This document shows, in pieces, positions 15,951 through 24,522 of a stretch of 25,149 nucleotides of DNA. The stretch is from a virus (lineage: Duplodnaviria > Caudoviricetes). Under the pieces are notes generated by a model that saw only the letters and a list, made by a program, of their open reading frames with translations, was not told the DNA's origin and searched no databases. Where the stretch lies: IMG/VR virus record IMGVR_UViG_3300025191_000003, positions 1 through 25,149 of that record. One strand, written 5' to 3'. The stretch's first letter is position 1; the number at the start of each line of letters is the position of its first letter. The position numbers and the translations under genes were made by a program.

Positions 15951-16157
15951 GTGAAATATTTATTAGGTTTAATCGTTTTTGTAGGTGCAATGTCTTTGGT
16001 TGGTAATATTGATTACTCTGACGAGCTGGCATATCAAAAGTATCATTGCAAAATGGTTATAATGCACGAGCAAACAGAAAACGGCGCAGCAGGTTACCCA
16101 CCACGCGACGAGCAAGAAGTAGAATTTTGTACTAATTTAATTAACGCGCAAAAATAA
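15951..16157 (+). CDS. Small protein with N-terminal hydrophobic segment
   Basis: GTG start, SD AGGAG. Confidence 0.7.
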   Translation: MKYLLGLIVFVGAMSLVGNIDYSDELAYQKYHCKMVIMHEQTENGAAGYPPRDEQEVEFCTNLINAQK

Positions 16158-16167
16158 GGAGTTTTAA

Positions 16168-16383
16168 ATGTTTATCACTTTTTCAATAACTGAAATTATT
16201 AGCTTTTCAATTTTATTGCTGTTTTTGTTAGTGGTTATTTTCTTTGAAGTCAAAAAGATTTTAAAGCAAAGGTTTTGCAAGCATGAAAGATACTATGAAA
16301 ACATGCGCTGTCATGCAGTCTGCAAGATATGCAAAAAAGACCTTGGTTTTATCGGTAATTTAAAAAATAAACGCGGATTATAG
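16168..16383 (+). CDS. Membrane-anchored protein with Cys/His motif (FCKH...CHAVCKIC)
   Basis: SD AGGAG; N-terminal TM segment. Confidence 0.7.
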   Translation: MFITFSITEIISFSILLLFLLVVIFFEVKKILKQRFCKHERYYENMRCHAVCKICKKDLGFIGNLKNKRGL

Positions 16384-16415
16384 CCGCACAACGTAACGTA
16401 AATAAGGAAACTAAA

Positions 16416-17318
16416 ATGTTTTTTACAAATGCAATTGTTTATAAGTTCAAAGGTAAAATGGAGTTTTTCGAAGATGGCTTTGAAGCAGCTTTACAGCAAG
16501 ATAAATTCAAACCATGTGGCACGCAAGATTTGTCAACATTTGGATGGGCTAACCCACTTGGCAAACACGGCAATAAACTGGCTCATTTTTCTGGTTCTAA
16601 AGTTTTAATTTGCGCCCGCAATGAAGAAAAGATTTTACCGCCAGCGGTGGTTAATGAAATGCTGGCCGCCAAAGTAGAGCAAATTGAGCTGGAAGAAGCC
16701 CGCCCAGTTAACCGCAAAGAAAAAGCCGAGCTAAAAGAAAATATTATACACACGTTATTGCCACAAGCGTTTGTTAAATCAAATTACACACATGCGTTTA
16801 TTGATGTTGACGCGGGTTTGATTGTAGTTAATGCGGCCAGCTTTAATAAAGCAGAGCAGGTTTTAGCAATGCTGCGTAAATCGATTGGCTCTTTGCCTGT
16901 AGTGCCGTTTTTTGGAAGTTATGATTTAGATTTGTTTTTAACTACCTGGTTAAATGACTTTCAGGCGCCAGAAGGTTTTGAAATTGGCCACGATGCCGTT
17001 TTAGTTGAAGCAGATGATTACGCAGCAACCGTAAAAGTTAAAAACCATGAATTAAACAGTGAAGAAGTAAAAGCGCATTTAGATGGCGGTAAACTCGTTA
17101 CTAGCTTGCATTTATCATACAACGATCGCGTTAACTTTAACTTAAATAACGACGGTACAATTAAAAAAATTGGCTACTCAGACGTTTTAAAAGAAGAAAA
17201 CGCTGATATTCCTAAAGAAGATATGCCAGTTAAATTAGATGCTGATTTTATTTTAGTATCTAGCGAGCTGGTAGAAGTGATCACAAAAATTGAAGCGGCT
17301 TTAGAAGGTGTAGAATAA
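16416..17318 (+). CDS. rdgC: Recombination-associated protein RdgC
   Basis: FKPCGTQDLSTFGWANPLG, EEKILPPAVV, LLPQAF, LRKSIGSLPVVP, LDADFIL. Confidence 0.95.
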   Translation: MFFTNAIVYKFKGKMEFFEDGFEAALQQDKFKPCGTQDLSTFGWANPLGKHGNKLAHFSGSKVLICARNEEKILPPAVVNEMLAAKVEQIELEEARPVNRKEKAELKENIIHTLLPQAFVKSNYTHAFIDVDAGLIVVNAASFNKAEQVLAMLRKSIGSLPVVPFFGSYDLDLFLTTWLNDFQAPEGFEIGHDAVLVEADDYAATVKVKNHELNSEEVKAHLDGGKLVTSLHLSYNDRVNFNLNNDGTIKKIGYSDVLKEENADIPKEDMPVKLDADFILVSSELVEVITKIEAALEGVE

Positions 17319-18472
17319 TGCGCAGAAACGAACCTGTAACTAAATTAGCGGTAGTAGATATTGAAACGCTAGACAAAACACCAGGCGCCGTAATTTTTGC
17401 AATTGGCTGTGTGATAGTTGATGTTGAACAGTTAGAAATAACAAACGCGTTTTACGCGGTTGTTAACCCTAAACAAAAAGGCCGCACGTCTGGAAACGGC
17501 ACGCCTGAATGGTGGTTGAAACAAAGCGTAGAAGCGCCAGAAGCATTTGAGCAATTGCAAGCGGCTTACGGTTCAAGTAAAACATTAAAAGCGGCACTGT
17601 ATGATTTTGGTGCATTTTTAACTAATGAGTTTGATGGTGATAAAATAAACGTTTTTGGTAATGGCCCAGAGTTCGATAACGTTATTTTAGACGATGCGTT
17701 TACATGGGCTGGATTAAAAACGCCATGGCCTTACTGGGGGAACCAAAGCATTAGAACCAGTAATTTATTAATGCAAATTGCAGGCGTTAAAGTAGATCGT
17801 GAATTTATTGGTGTAAAGCATCATGCGTTAGATGATGCGCACCACGAAGCTAATTTATTGATTGATGCGCTTAAGTTCTTTAAGCCGGCTGTAAAGTCGA
17901 TTAACCCTAACGTTGGCCTTGGCATAAAATCAGCATGCGCTAGCGCAGAGCAGGCAGTTAAAAAGCTAAGTGATGCGTTTAGCAAAGGCATTAATATTGA
18001 AAACCAGCAACAAAAGGAAAGTTCAGATCCTTATGTTAGCGCGTTTAACTCAATTATTGGCGCTTTGGACTCTGGCGGCGAAGAATGGAGAAAGCCTAAC
18101 CAAAGCGTTCACAGTTCGGCCGTTGATAAAATAAGAGAAATGGCCGCGCTTATTAATGCGTTTGATATGGGCGAATTGCAAGACTCACACCAATACATGG
18201 CTGAAATAAAATCAAAGCTTAGAGGTCATAGCTATGAGGTAAACAGCTTTAATCAGATTGCTGGTTGCATAGATAACGTTTTATTTGAAAACCAAATCCT
18301 AAAAGAGCGAGCGCATTGTTTTGATGAGTTACAAAAGTTATTAAACGAACTTAACTCAGACTCATTTGAACGTGAGTGTGCCAGCTCTTTACTGGATGAC
18401 TGCAAGCACGCAATTAATGAGCTTGCAGAGTACAAAAGCAAATTAATGGTTTTAAAAAGTAAGCACCTGTAA
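17318..18472 (+). CDS. DEDDh 3'-5' exonuclease domain fused to a helical C-terminal extension
   Basis: VVDIETL, GNGPEFDNVIL, HHALDDAHHEA. Confidence 0.85.
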   Translation: MRRNEPVTKLAVVDIETLDKTPGAVIFAIGCVIVDVEQLEITNAFYAVVNPKQKGRTSGNGTPEWWLKQSVEAPEAFEQLQAAYGSSKTLKAALYDFGAFLTNEFDGDKINVFGNGPEFDNVILDDAFTWAGLKTPWPYWGNQSIRTSNLLMQIAGVKVDREFIGVKHHALDDAHHEANLLIDALKFFKPAVKSINPNVGLGIKSACASAEQAVKKLSDAFSKGINIENQQQKESSDPYVSAFNSIIGALDSGGEEWRKPNQSVHSSAVDKIREMAALINAFDMGELQDSHQYMAEIKSKLRGHSYEVNSFNQIAGCIDNVLFENQILKERAHCFDELQKLLNELNSDSFERECASSLLDDCKHAINELAEYKSKLMVLKSKHL

Positions 18473-18498
18473 CGGGTGCGAAAACTCAAGGAATTAAA

Positions 18499-18810
18499 AT
18501 GAAAAAAGTTTATATAGCGGGCCCAATGACAGGTTTACCACAAGAAAACCGCCCAGAGTTTAACGAAGAAGCCCGCGTTTTATTAGAAGAAGGCAAGATC
18601 CCACTTAACCCGGCAACCTTGCCAGCGGGATTAACACAGGCAGAATATATGGACATTTGTTTTGCCATGATCCGTGCATGTGATACGGTTTGGTTTTTAA
18701 AAGGCTGGAAAAATAGCACAGGCGCTATTGCTGAATACGCTTACGCTAAAAAAATTAGCAAAGAGCTTATTTTTCCTATGGGTGAATCGCCCACCACTTC
18801 AATAGTTTAA
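18499..18810 (+). CDS. DUF4406 / nucleoside 2-deoxyribosyltransferase-like protein
   Basis: KVYIAGPMTG, LNPA, YMDIC..M...CD, GWKNSTGAIAE. Confidence 0.88.
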   Translation: MKKVYIAGPMTGLPQENRPEFNEEARVLLEEGKIPLNPATLPAGLTQAEYMDICFAMIRACDTVWFLKGWKNSTGAIAEYAYAKKISKELIFPMGESPTTSIV

Positions 18811-18819
18811 GGTTTAATT

Positions 18820-19179
18820 ATGAATAACAACACGCAAGGCCAATATCAAGGACAACACCAAGGCCAAAACCAAGTTAATCAACCAATTGACAAAGGCCGC
18901 GCTGCAATTGTTGCAGAACGTTACCCGGTTGGAAATAACCAAACCAAAAACCGTTACGCAACAATAGGCCGCGCAACTAAATGGCCTGGTCAAAACGGCG
19001 AAAGCATTGAGTTAGAATTAGACACAATGCCAATAGGCCACACTGGGCCATTAAAGGTTTATATTTTTTGGAATAGCCAAGAAAACAACCAAGCACCGCA
19101 GCCAATGAACAACCAAACAGGTAATTACAACAACCAAGGCCAGCAGAACGCACCAGCGCAAGGCCAATACCGGCCATAA
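18820..19179 (+). CDS. Putative ssDNA-binding-like protein with Q/N-rich tails
   Basis: KNRYATIGRA...LELDTMPI core; position after recombination genes. Confidence 0.45.
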   Translation: MNNNTQGQYQGQHQGQNQVNQPIDKGRAAIVAERYPVGNNQTKNRYATIGRATKWPGQNGESIELELDTMPIGHTGPLKVYIFWNSQENNQAPQPMNNQTGNYNNQGQQNAPAQGQYRP

Positions 19180-19197
19180 TATTTAAATACACAAACA

Positions 19198-19220
19198 AAC
19201 CCGCCTAGCGCGGGTTTTTT
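19198..19220 (+). terminator. Intrinsic terminator
   Basis: AACCCGC-ctagc-GCGGGTT plus T-tract. Confidence 0.85.
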
Positions 19221-19241
19221 AATGCCTGGCGTAAATAAAAC

Positions 19242-19269
19242 TTGCTGCATGGGTACTTTTATATATAAT
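19242..19269 (+). promoter_or_regulatory. Predicted promoter TTGCTG-16-TATAAT with TGGGTACTTTT in the spacer
   Basis: Consensus -10 just after a terminator, upstream of the MazG-like gene. Confidence 0.65.
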
Positions 19270-19306
19270 GTACCTACTTAATGTTTTAGTTTAATCAGGA
19301 ATAACT

Positions 19307-19663
19307 ATGAAAAATGAAATTAATAATTTGGTTGGTTTTTGCCACAAGGCTTATTTTGATGCTGGTTGGTGGTCTGGTGTTAGTGTTTCTCAGCCTTATG
19401 TAGTGCCAACAAAGCTTTGCCTTGTTCACTCTGAGATAAGTGAGGCAATGGAGGGGCATAGAAAGGATTTGATGGACGACCATTTGCCAAATAGAAAAAT
19501 GGTTGAAGTTGAACTTGCTGACGCGGTTATTCGCATTTTTGATTTGGCTGGCGCTATGAACTTAGATTTAGGCGGAGCCATTGAGGATAAAATGAAATAC
19601 AACAAAAACCGATCTGATCATAAGTTAAATAATAGAAAGAAAGCCGGCGGAAAATCGTACTAA
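19307..19663 (+). CDS. MazG-like (all-alpha) nucleotide pyrophosphohydrolase
   Basis: LVHSEISEAMEG.RK and EVELADAVIRIFD acidic metal-binding motifs; KMKYNKNR. Confidence 0.85.
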   Translation: MKNEINNLVGFCHKAYFDAGWWSGVSVSQPYVVPTKLCLVHSEISEAMEGHRKDLMDDHLPNRKMVEVELADAVIRIFDLAGAMNLDLGGAIEDKMKYNKNRSDHKLNNRKKAGGKSY

Positions 19664-19683
19664 TTAATTTTTAAGGAAAACCA

Positions 19684-19890
19684 ATGACCGAAAATCAAAA
19701 GAAATTGCGCGAGCTAATGGCTAAGCATGCAGTAATTAGCTCTTACATTAAGCTGGCCGAATTTTGGGGTTTATCAATCCACACCGTTCACGCTTATTTA
19801 AAACCGGTTACTAGCAAGTCAAATAAAAACATACCTGACAAACGAATTAAGCAGCTTAAAGATCTGCTTGGTTGTAAAAATGCTAAGTAA
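19684..19890 (+). CDS. Small HTH DNA-binding protein
   Basis: KLAEFWGLSIHTVHAYL HTH pattern; SD AAGGA. Confidence 0.7.
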   Translation: MTENQKKLRELMAKHAVISSYIKLAEFWGLSIHTVHAYLKPVTSKSNKNIPDKRIKQLKDLLGCKNAK

Positions 19891-20083
19891 CTTCAAACGA
19901 CTGCCACGCGATTTAATGGTTAAAGAGCATGCAAGGGTGGTTGAGCGTTTAAGCTTAGCCAGCCGCTTGTTAAATTCTCAAGGTGAAATTATAGATCAGC
20001 AACGTAAAGAGCTGGCGGCACATAAAGCAGAACTTGAAGAATTAAGGGCCATAAAAAAAGAGCTCAAAAAAATGGAGTGTTAA
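19880..20083 (+). CDS. Coiled-coil hypothetical protein (likely start ATG 19880)
   Basis: Heptad-like C-terminus; overlaps both neighbours. Confidence 0.65.
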   Translation: MLSNFKRLPRDLMVKEHARVVERLSLASRLLNSQGEIIDQQRKELAAHKAELEELRAIKKELKKMEC

Positions 20084-21261
20084 CATTGCCAAGAACTATA
20101 ACAATTCCACTATCAGATGCCGCCATTAGGCGGCATTTGTCTGATCAGGACGTTTACCAGCTTAAGGACGATAAAAACCCGTTGGTTATTCGTTACAACC
20201 AAGAACGCACCGCCGCAAGCTGGCATGTTGTTCATTACTACAAAGGCAAGGCTATTTGGCGAAAAGTTGCTAAGTGGCCCACTGTTAAATTAAAAGCGGT
20301 GCTTGTTCGTTTGCCTGATATTCTGGTGCAAATGTCGGTTGATCCTAATCCTGATAAATTGCGCGTTGGGCAAATGCAAAACGTTGGGCAAGTTTTAGCC
20401 TGGTACTTGCAGAGAACAGAAACAAACGGCCACCTATCACCCAAGCGTAAGGCGTCTATTAAAACGGCAATTAAAAAACACCTACTGCCTAGATTGTCGC
20501 TTTATAGGCTTGATAAATTAGATCGCAAAGTAATAAACCATGAATTGCTATGGCCGCTGCAGGCTGATTACAAGGTTTCTACTGTGCGAATGATATTTTC
20601 ATGTTTGAAAGTGGCTTTAAAGCGTGCAGAAGCGATTAATTTAATTAAGGCTGATCCTTGCTCTGGCATGAAGTTCACTGACTTTATAACGGCGCCCATT
20701 GAAGAAAAAGAGGCTCGCATTCGTAAAGACCAAATTAAGAAGATTTTAATTGATTTGGAAGGCGTAGAACCACGTTTAAAAATGCTTGTTTTATTTATGT
20801 TGATGCACGGCACCCGGCTAACTGAAACGTTAATGATCAAATGGGCTGATATTAATTTAGATACTGGCTTTTGTTATATCCCTATTAAAAACACCAAAAC
20901 CCGAACCAGACACGAAATACCGTTATCGGTAACCGCTGTTGAATTATTAACTAAGTACAAAAAGGAAAATAAGCGCGGTCAATACGTGTTTACTGGCCGT
21001 AGTGGTTTTTGGTCTGACTCTGCAGCATCTAAAGCTATTCGTGAGCACACTAAAAAAGAGTGGTCGGCACATGATTTGCGCAAGGTTGCTACCGAAAGCT
21101 GGACTAAGCTGGGTGTTGATTACTTGATCATTAAGTTTTTGCTAAACCATGCACTCGAAAAGGTGGATAAACACTATATTCAGACCTACGCAGACGTTAA
21201 AACACGCGAAGCGTTAACCATGTATCATGCCTGGCTAAAAACGCAGGGGTTAACCGCCTGA
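20077..21261 (+). CDS. Tyrosine recombinase / integrase-family protein
   Basis: Catalytic set present: HGTR, NTKT, HDLR, LLNH, HY; N-terminal arm-binding-like region. Confidence 0.9.
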   Translation: MLTLPRTITIPLSDAAIRRHLSDQDVYQLKDDKNPLVIRYNQERTAASWHVVHYYKGKAIWRKVAKWPTVKLKAVLVRLPDILVQMSVDPNPDKLRVGQMQNVGQVLAWYLQRTETNGHLSPKRKASIKTAIKKHLLPRLSLYRLDKLDRKVINHELLWPLQADYKVSTVRMIFSCLKVALKRAEAINLIKADPCSGMKFTDFITAPIEEKEARIRKDQIKKILIDLEGVEPRLKMLVLFMLMHGTRLTETLMIKWADINLDTGFCYIPIKNTKTRTRHEIPLSVTAVELLTKYKKENKRGQYVFTGRSGFWSDSAASKAIREHTKKEWSAHDLRKVATESWTKLGVDYLIIKFLLNHALEKVDKHYIQTYADVKTREALTMYHAWLKTQGLTA

Positions 21262-21525
21262 GTTAACCAAGACAACACCAAGACGCGCTAAACGTAAGTA
21301 AGGCGCGTTTTTTATTGCCTACCAATAACTTAGGGTGTGTTTTAACGTTTATAAAAGGAGAGTCCGTTAAAAGTTGGTTAAAATTGGCTTTTTTGATAAC
21401 TTTTGCAACTGAGTTAAATTTAAGAAAGCCTTTAGCCATGCGGTTTAGGTCGGTGTTTGTGGTTTGTTTTAGGCGGGTTTATTTGGTGATCGCTAAAAAT
21501 AAGTGAAAATGGTTAACAGAAAGGC

Positions 21526-21553
21526 TTGCAAAGTACCCAATATTAATTATAAT
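21526..21553 (+). promoter_or_regulatory. Predicted promoter TTGCAA-16-TATAAT with AAAGTACCCAAT in the spacer
   Basis: Near-consensus hexamers heading the accessory gene run. Confidence 0.75.
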
Positions 21554-21599
21554 CGTACCCAGTCAATTAAAACCGTAACGAAATTATTGGGAAATAAAC

Positions 21600-21890
21600 A
21601 TGGTTGATAAAATACGCTTAAAAAAGTTTTCAAAACGTATCGGGGTTATTTTAATGTCAACCCCGCAACACAGAACAACCGTTTTAGAAAGGCAGTACAA
21701 TGATATTTCAAATCATAAAAATAAAATGATTAAAGTAATGGGTGATAATTTTGATTTTGAAAGCCATATAAATAAAGTCTTATGTTATTGCAAAGCGAAT
21801 CCATTGGTTACGCTAGATGATGTTATTTTATCTTGCGAGCGTTCAGCTGGAAAAGGCGAACCTTTCTGCTATCAATCTGGCAATATTTAA
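21600..21890 (+). CDS. Hypothetical protein
   Basis: First ORF after the promoter. Confidence 0.65.
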   Translation: MVDKIRLKKFSKRIGVILMSTPQHRTTVLERQYNDISNHKNKMIKVMGDNFDFESHINKVLCYCKANPLVTLDDVILSCERSAGKGEPFCYQSGNI

Positions 21891-21918
21891 AAAGTAACGC
21901 AACTATTGGGAGGTAGTT

Positions 21919-22221
21919 ATGGAGCAGATAACCATGGATTTAATGGCCGCTGAGCCAGAAGCAATACCAGTTGTAAATATGAATAAGGCTTTATGTTTGC
22001 CTAAATCCTGCGAAAGCTGTGCTAATTTTGTTTACATAGGTTGGGAGCTTGACAGTTTAAAAACTGTTTTTGGTAAGCCTTGCGAAACTCAAGTAGGAAT
22101 TTGCAAAAGCAAAAACCAAAAGCTTTTTGGATCTTATATTTGCGATGAGTTTAAAGGCTCGCACCCAAGCGCTAATTTTGAGCCCGTTAAAAATAGAGAG
22201 TACGCATATGCTCTATTATAA
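21919..22221 (+). CDS. Cys-rich hypothetical protein (CESCANF...C...C)
   Basis: SD GGGAGG. Confidence 0.75.
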   Translation: MEQITMDLMAAEPEAIPVVNMNKALCLPKSCESCANFVYIGWELDSLKTVFGKPCETQVGICKSKNQKLFGSYICDEFKGSHPSANFEPVKNREYAYALL

Positions 22222-22357
22222 AATAATAAAAGGTCAATACTGGCTTTTTGGGTCAAAAGAGAAGTATTTAAACGGTTTTATGCCAAGGTTTAAGTGCAAT
22301 ACCAAGCAGCAGCTTAATGAGCACTGCCTTAAAAACTACGGCATGAAATTTAACTAA
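22208..22357 (+). CDS. Small hypothetical protein (start reassigned to ATG 22208)
   Basis: AGAGAG upstream; fills the gap between neighbours. Confidence 0.55.
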   Translation: MLYYKIIKGQYWLFGSKEKYLNGFMPRFKCNTKQQLNEHCLKNYGMKFN

Positions 22358-22398
22358 ACGCGGACTAACCGCCGCACAAATAAATTATTGGAGTTGTT

Positions 22399-22632
22399 AT
22401 GTATTTTGGATGCGAGCATTGTATTTTTAAGACTTTTGATAAAGAAAAAGCAGAAAAACACACTAAAGATTGTTATCTGATTCCTAAAAACAAAGGCTGT
22501 GCAACATGTGCAAATCTTGATGGACTTTGCACTAAAGGCCACAACGCTAAGTTAGAAGTTACTGATATTAAGTGTCCTGATTGGGCTTTAAATAAAAAAA
22601 TACCGCCGATGGCAGTTTATATAACTGATTGA
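22399..22632 (+). CDS. Cys-rich putative zinc-binding protein
   Basis: CEHC...H...C, CATC...C...C; SD GGAG. Confidence 0.7.
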   Translation: MYFGCEHCIFKTFDKEKAEKHTKDCYLIPKNKGCATCANLDGLCTKGHNAKLEVTDIKCPDWALNKKIPPMAVYITD

Positions 22633-22685
22633 AATATTTAACCGCGGCCTAATTGCCGCACAACGCAATTATTTGGAACTCAATT

Positions 22686-23321
22686 ATGAAATCAATACCT
22701 ATGATATTTAATCAAGAAATGGTATCAGCGCTTACTGAAGGTAGAAAGACAGCTACGCGTAGACCTATGAAGCTTGTAACAATTGATAAAGGCTTTGGGT
22801 GCAACCTAAATCCAAATGAAGTTGCTGGCGAGGTAAACAACGGAAACTATGAAAATTCAATATTTAAACCAGGCGATCTTATTTGGGTTCGTGAAACATT
22901 TTGCATTGGCCGATTTGATGAGGTTGACGCGGAGCACCCTGCAGATAGGGAGTTAATTATAGAGCAGTGCGCGGGTGATGATAATTATATAGCACGTCAG
23001 CTTGCTTATGAGGAAGGGGTCACAGAGCTTGAAGAAGTTAAGTGGAAACCATCTATTCACATGCCTAGAGATGCTAGTCGTTTAACCTTGCGCGTGACCG
23101 CCGTTCGCTGTGAAAGAGTGCAGAACATAGATAAAGAGCAAGCAGAAAAAGAAGGTGTAAGGCCTACTGGTTGCACTAAGGGTTTTTGGGTTAAAGCGTA
23201 TCAAATGCTATGGAATTCAATATATTCAAATTGGGATCTAAACCCATGGGTATGGGTAATAGAGTTTGAGGTTATTCATAAGAACATTAATCAAGTGATA
23301 AAAGGAAGTAGCAATGTATAA
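22686..23321 (+). CDS. ASCH/PUA-like phage protein (start reassigned to ATG 22686)
   Basis: PMIFNQEMV.A..EGRKTATRR, GDLIWVRETF, WKPSIHMPR.ASRLTL, NPWVWVIEF. Confidence 0.85.
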   Translation: MKSIPMIFNQEMVSALTEGRKTATRRPMKLVTIDKGFGCNLNPNEVAGEVNNGNYENSIFKPGDLIWVRETFCIGRFDEVDAEHPADRELIIEQCAGDDNYIARQLAYEEGVTELEEVKWKPSIHMPRDASRLTLRVTAVRCERVQNIDKEQAEKEGVRPTGCTKGFWVKAYQMLWNSIYSNWDLNPWVWVIEFEVIHKNINQVIKGSSNV

Positions 23322-23538
23322 ATTATTCGTTATAAAGTCGTTTAGCTGGTTTGAGTTTTTAATGTTCGCCTTGCTGTGCGCATCGTTTGATGCCATTGGC
23401 GAACTGTTTAGCACAACGGTTGCTATTATATTTTCAGTTATATCAGCGCTATCTATTTTGTTTATTAATTCGTTTGTGGCCGCAACTATTCACGGCATAG
23501 ACGAGTATTACAACCACGGCCTTAAGGGTAAAAAATAA
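23314..23538 (+). CDS. Two-TM membrane protein
   Basis: Two hydrophobic stretches; overlaps upstream stop. Confidence 0.65.
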   Translation: MYKLFVIKSFSWFEFLMFALLCASFDAIGELFSTTVAIIFSVISALSILFINSFVAATIHGIDEYYNHGLKGKK

Positions 23539-23981
23539 TGGATTCTATAATAAGCCTTGTTAATCAAACACTGCCAAATAACTGTGCTTCTGCATGTATT
23601 GCAATGGTTCTAAATGAAGATATTGAAACTGTTACCAAGCAGTTTCACGAAAAATATATAGGCCAAAAGCTTGAAGTACATGAATATTTAGAATCAAAGA
23701 ATATTTGGTTTAGGCGCTGCATGGCTGATGAAAGAAGCCTAACAATAGGCTTTGTTTATATACTTTCTGTTCCAAGCCTAAATATTAAGGGCGGTTCTCA
23801 TTATATAGTTGTTGAACGCGTAGAAGGTGGTTGGTTTGTTTATGATCCTAACGATGGTAAAGAAGGCAGATTTTCATACTCAAAATTAAATACAGATGAT
23901 GATCTTTACTCGCCAATAGTTTCATGGCAACCGCATTATGAGTTTTCTAGAAGCAATCTGGAGTATTGGCATGGAAAATAA
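23538..23981 (+). CDS. Peptidase C39-like cysteine protease
   Basis: Q...NCASACIAMVL, HYIVV, VYDPN: Gln/Cys/His/Asp pattern. Confidence 0.75.
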   Translation: MDSIISLVNQTLPNNCASACIAMVLNEDIETVTKQFHEKYIGQKLEVHEYLESKNIWFRRCMADERSLTIGFVYILSVPSLNIKGGSHYIVVERVEGGWFVYDPNDGKEGRFSYSKLNTDDDLYSPIVSWQPHYEFSRSNLEYWHGK

Positions 23982-24072
23982 CAACGATGATTTAGGCGTA
24001 TTCAGAGGTTTAGCTTATGCTATACCACCATCATTATTTTTTTGGGCTTTGGTGCTAAAGGCGGTTTTATGA
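23971..24072 (+). CDS. 33-aa membrane peptide (MENNNDDLGVFRGLAYAIPPSLFFWALVLKAVL), not in the ORF track
   Basis: SD GGAG; ATGA overlap with the next ORF. Confidence 0.55.
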   Translation: MENNNDDLGVFRGLAYAIPPSLFFWALVLKAVL

Positions 24073-24251
24073 CATTCATTAAGCAACTACTTATATTGCT
24101 GGCTGGTCTGTACTTAATTAGGCTGGTTGGTACATGTGAGTTTATTAGAGATTTAAACGCGCCTATATGGTTTGTAGCTGTATTGTGCGGCGTTATAGGC
24201 CTTATAACCATTCAGGCCTTTACAAGTGTTGGGGAGAAGGTTAATGAGTAA
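24069..24251 (+). CDS. Small membrane protein (start reassigned to ATG 24069)
   Basis: Two hydrophobic stretches. Confidence 0.6.
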   Translation: MTFIKQLLILLAGLYLIRLVGTCEFIRDLNAPIWFVAVLCGVIGLITIQAFTSVGEKVNE

Positions 24252-24522
24252 AATACTTTTTAGTTTAAGCAAGTCAAAGCACAGCGATATTGACATTTTA
24301 TTTTTAGTTTCGGCAGTGGTTTTATTGTCACCTTTATTTTCAAGTGATAGCTATCTATTAAAGGCTTTTAGTTCGTTTGCTTATTTAGGTTTTGTTTTTA
24401 CTGGAACTTATTTAACATCGCTTATTCGGTGTTTGGCTGTTGATATTTCAAAAAAGCGCCACGTAGTAAAACAATGCGAAAAGCTTGCTAAAGCGATTGA
24501 TGATAGAAAAGGTGAATTATGA
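24244..24522 (+). CDS. Membrane protein (start reassigned to ATG 24244)
   Basis: SD GAAGG; two hydrophobic stretches. Confidence 0.6.
   Translation: MSKILFSLSKSKHSDIDILFLVSAVVLLSPLFSSDSYLLKAFSSFAYLGFVFTGTYLTSLIRCLAVDISKKRHVVKQCEKLAKAIDDRKGEL

Noticed and set aside
21315-21506. 63-aa ORF downstream of the recombinase
   Set aside because: TTG start right after a terminator-like T-tract, no SD, low-complexity G/T-rich sequence.
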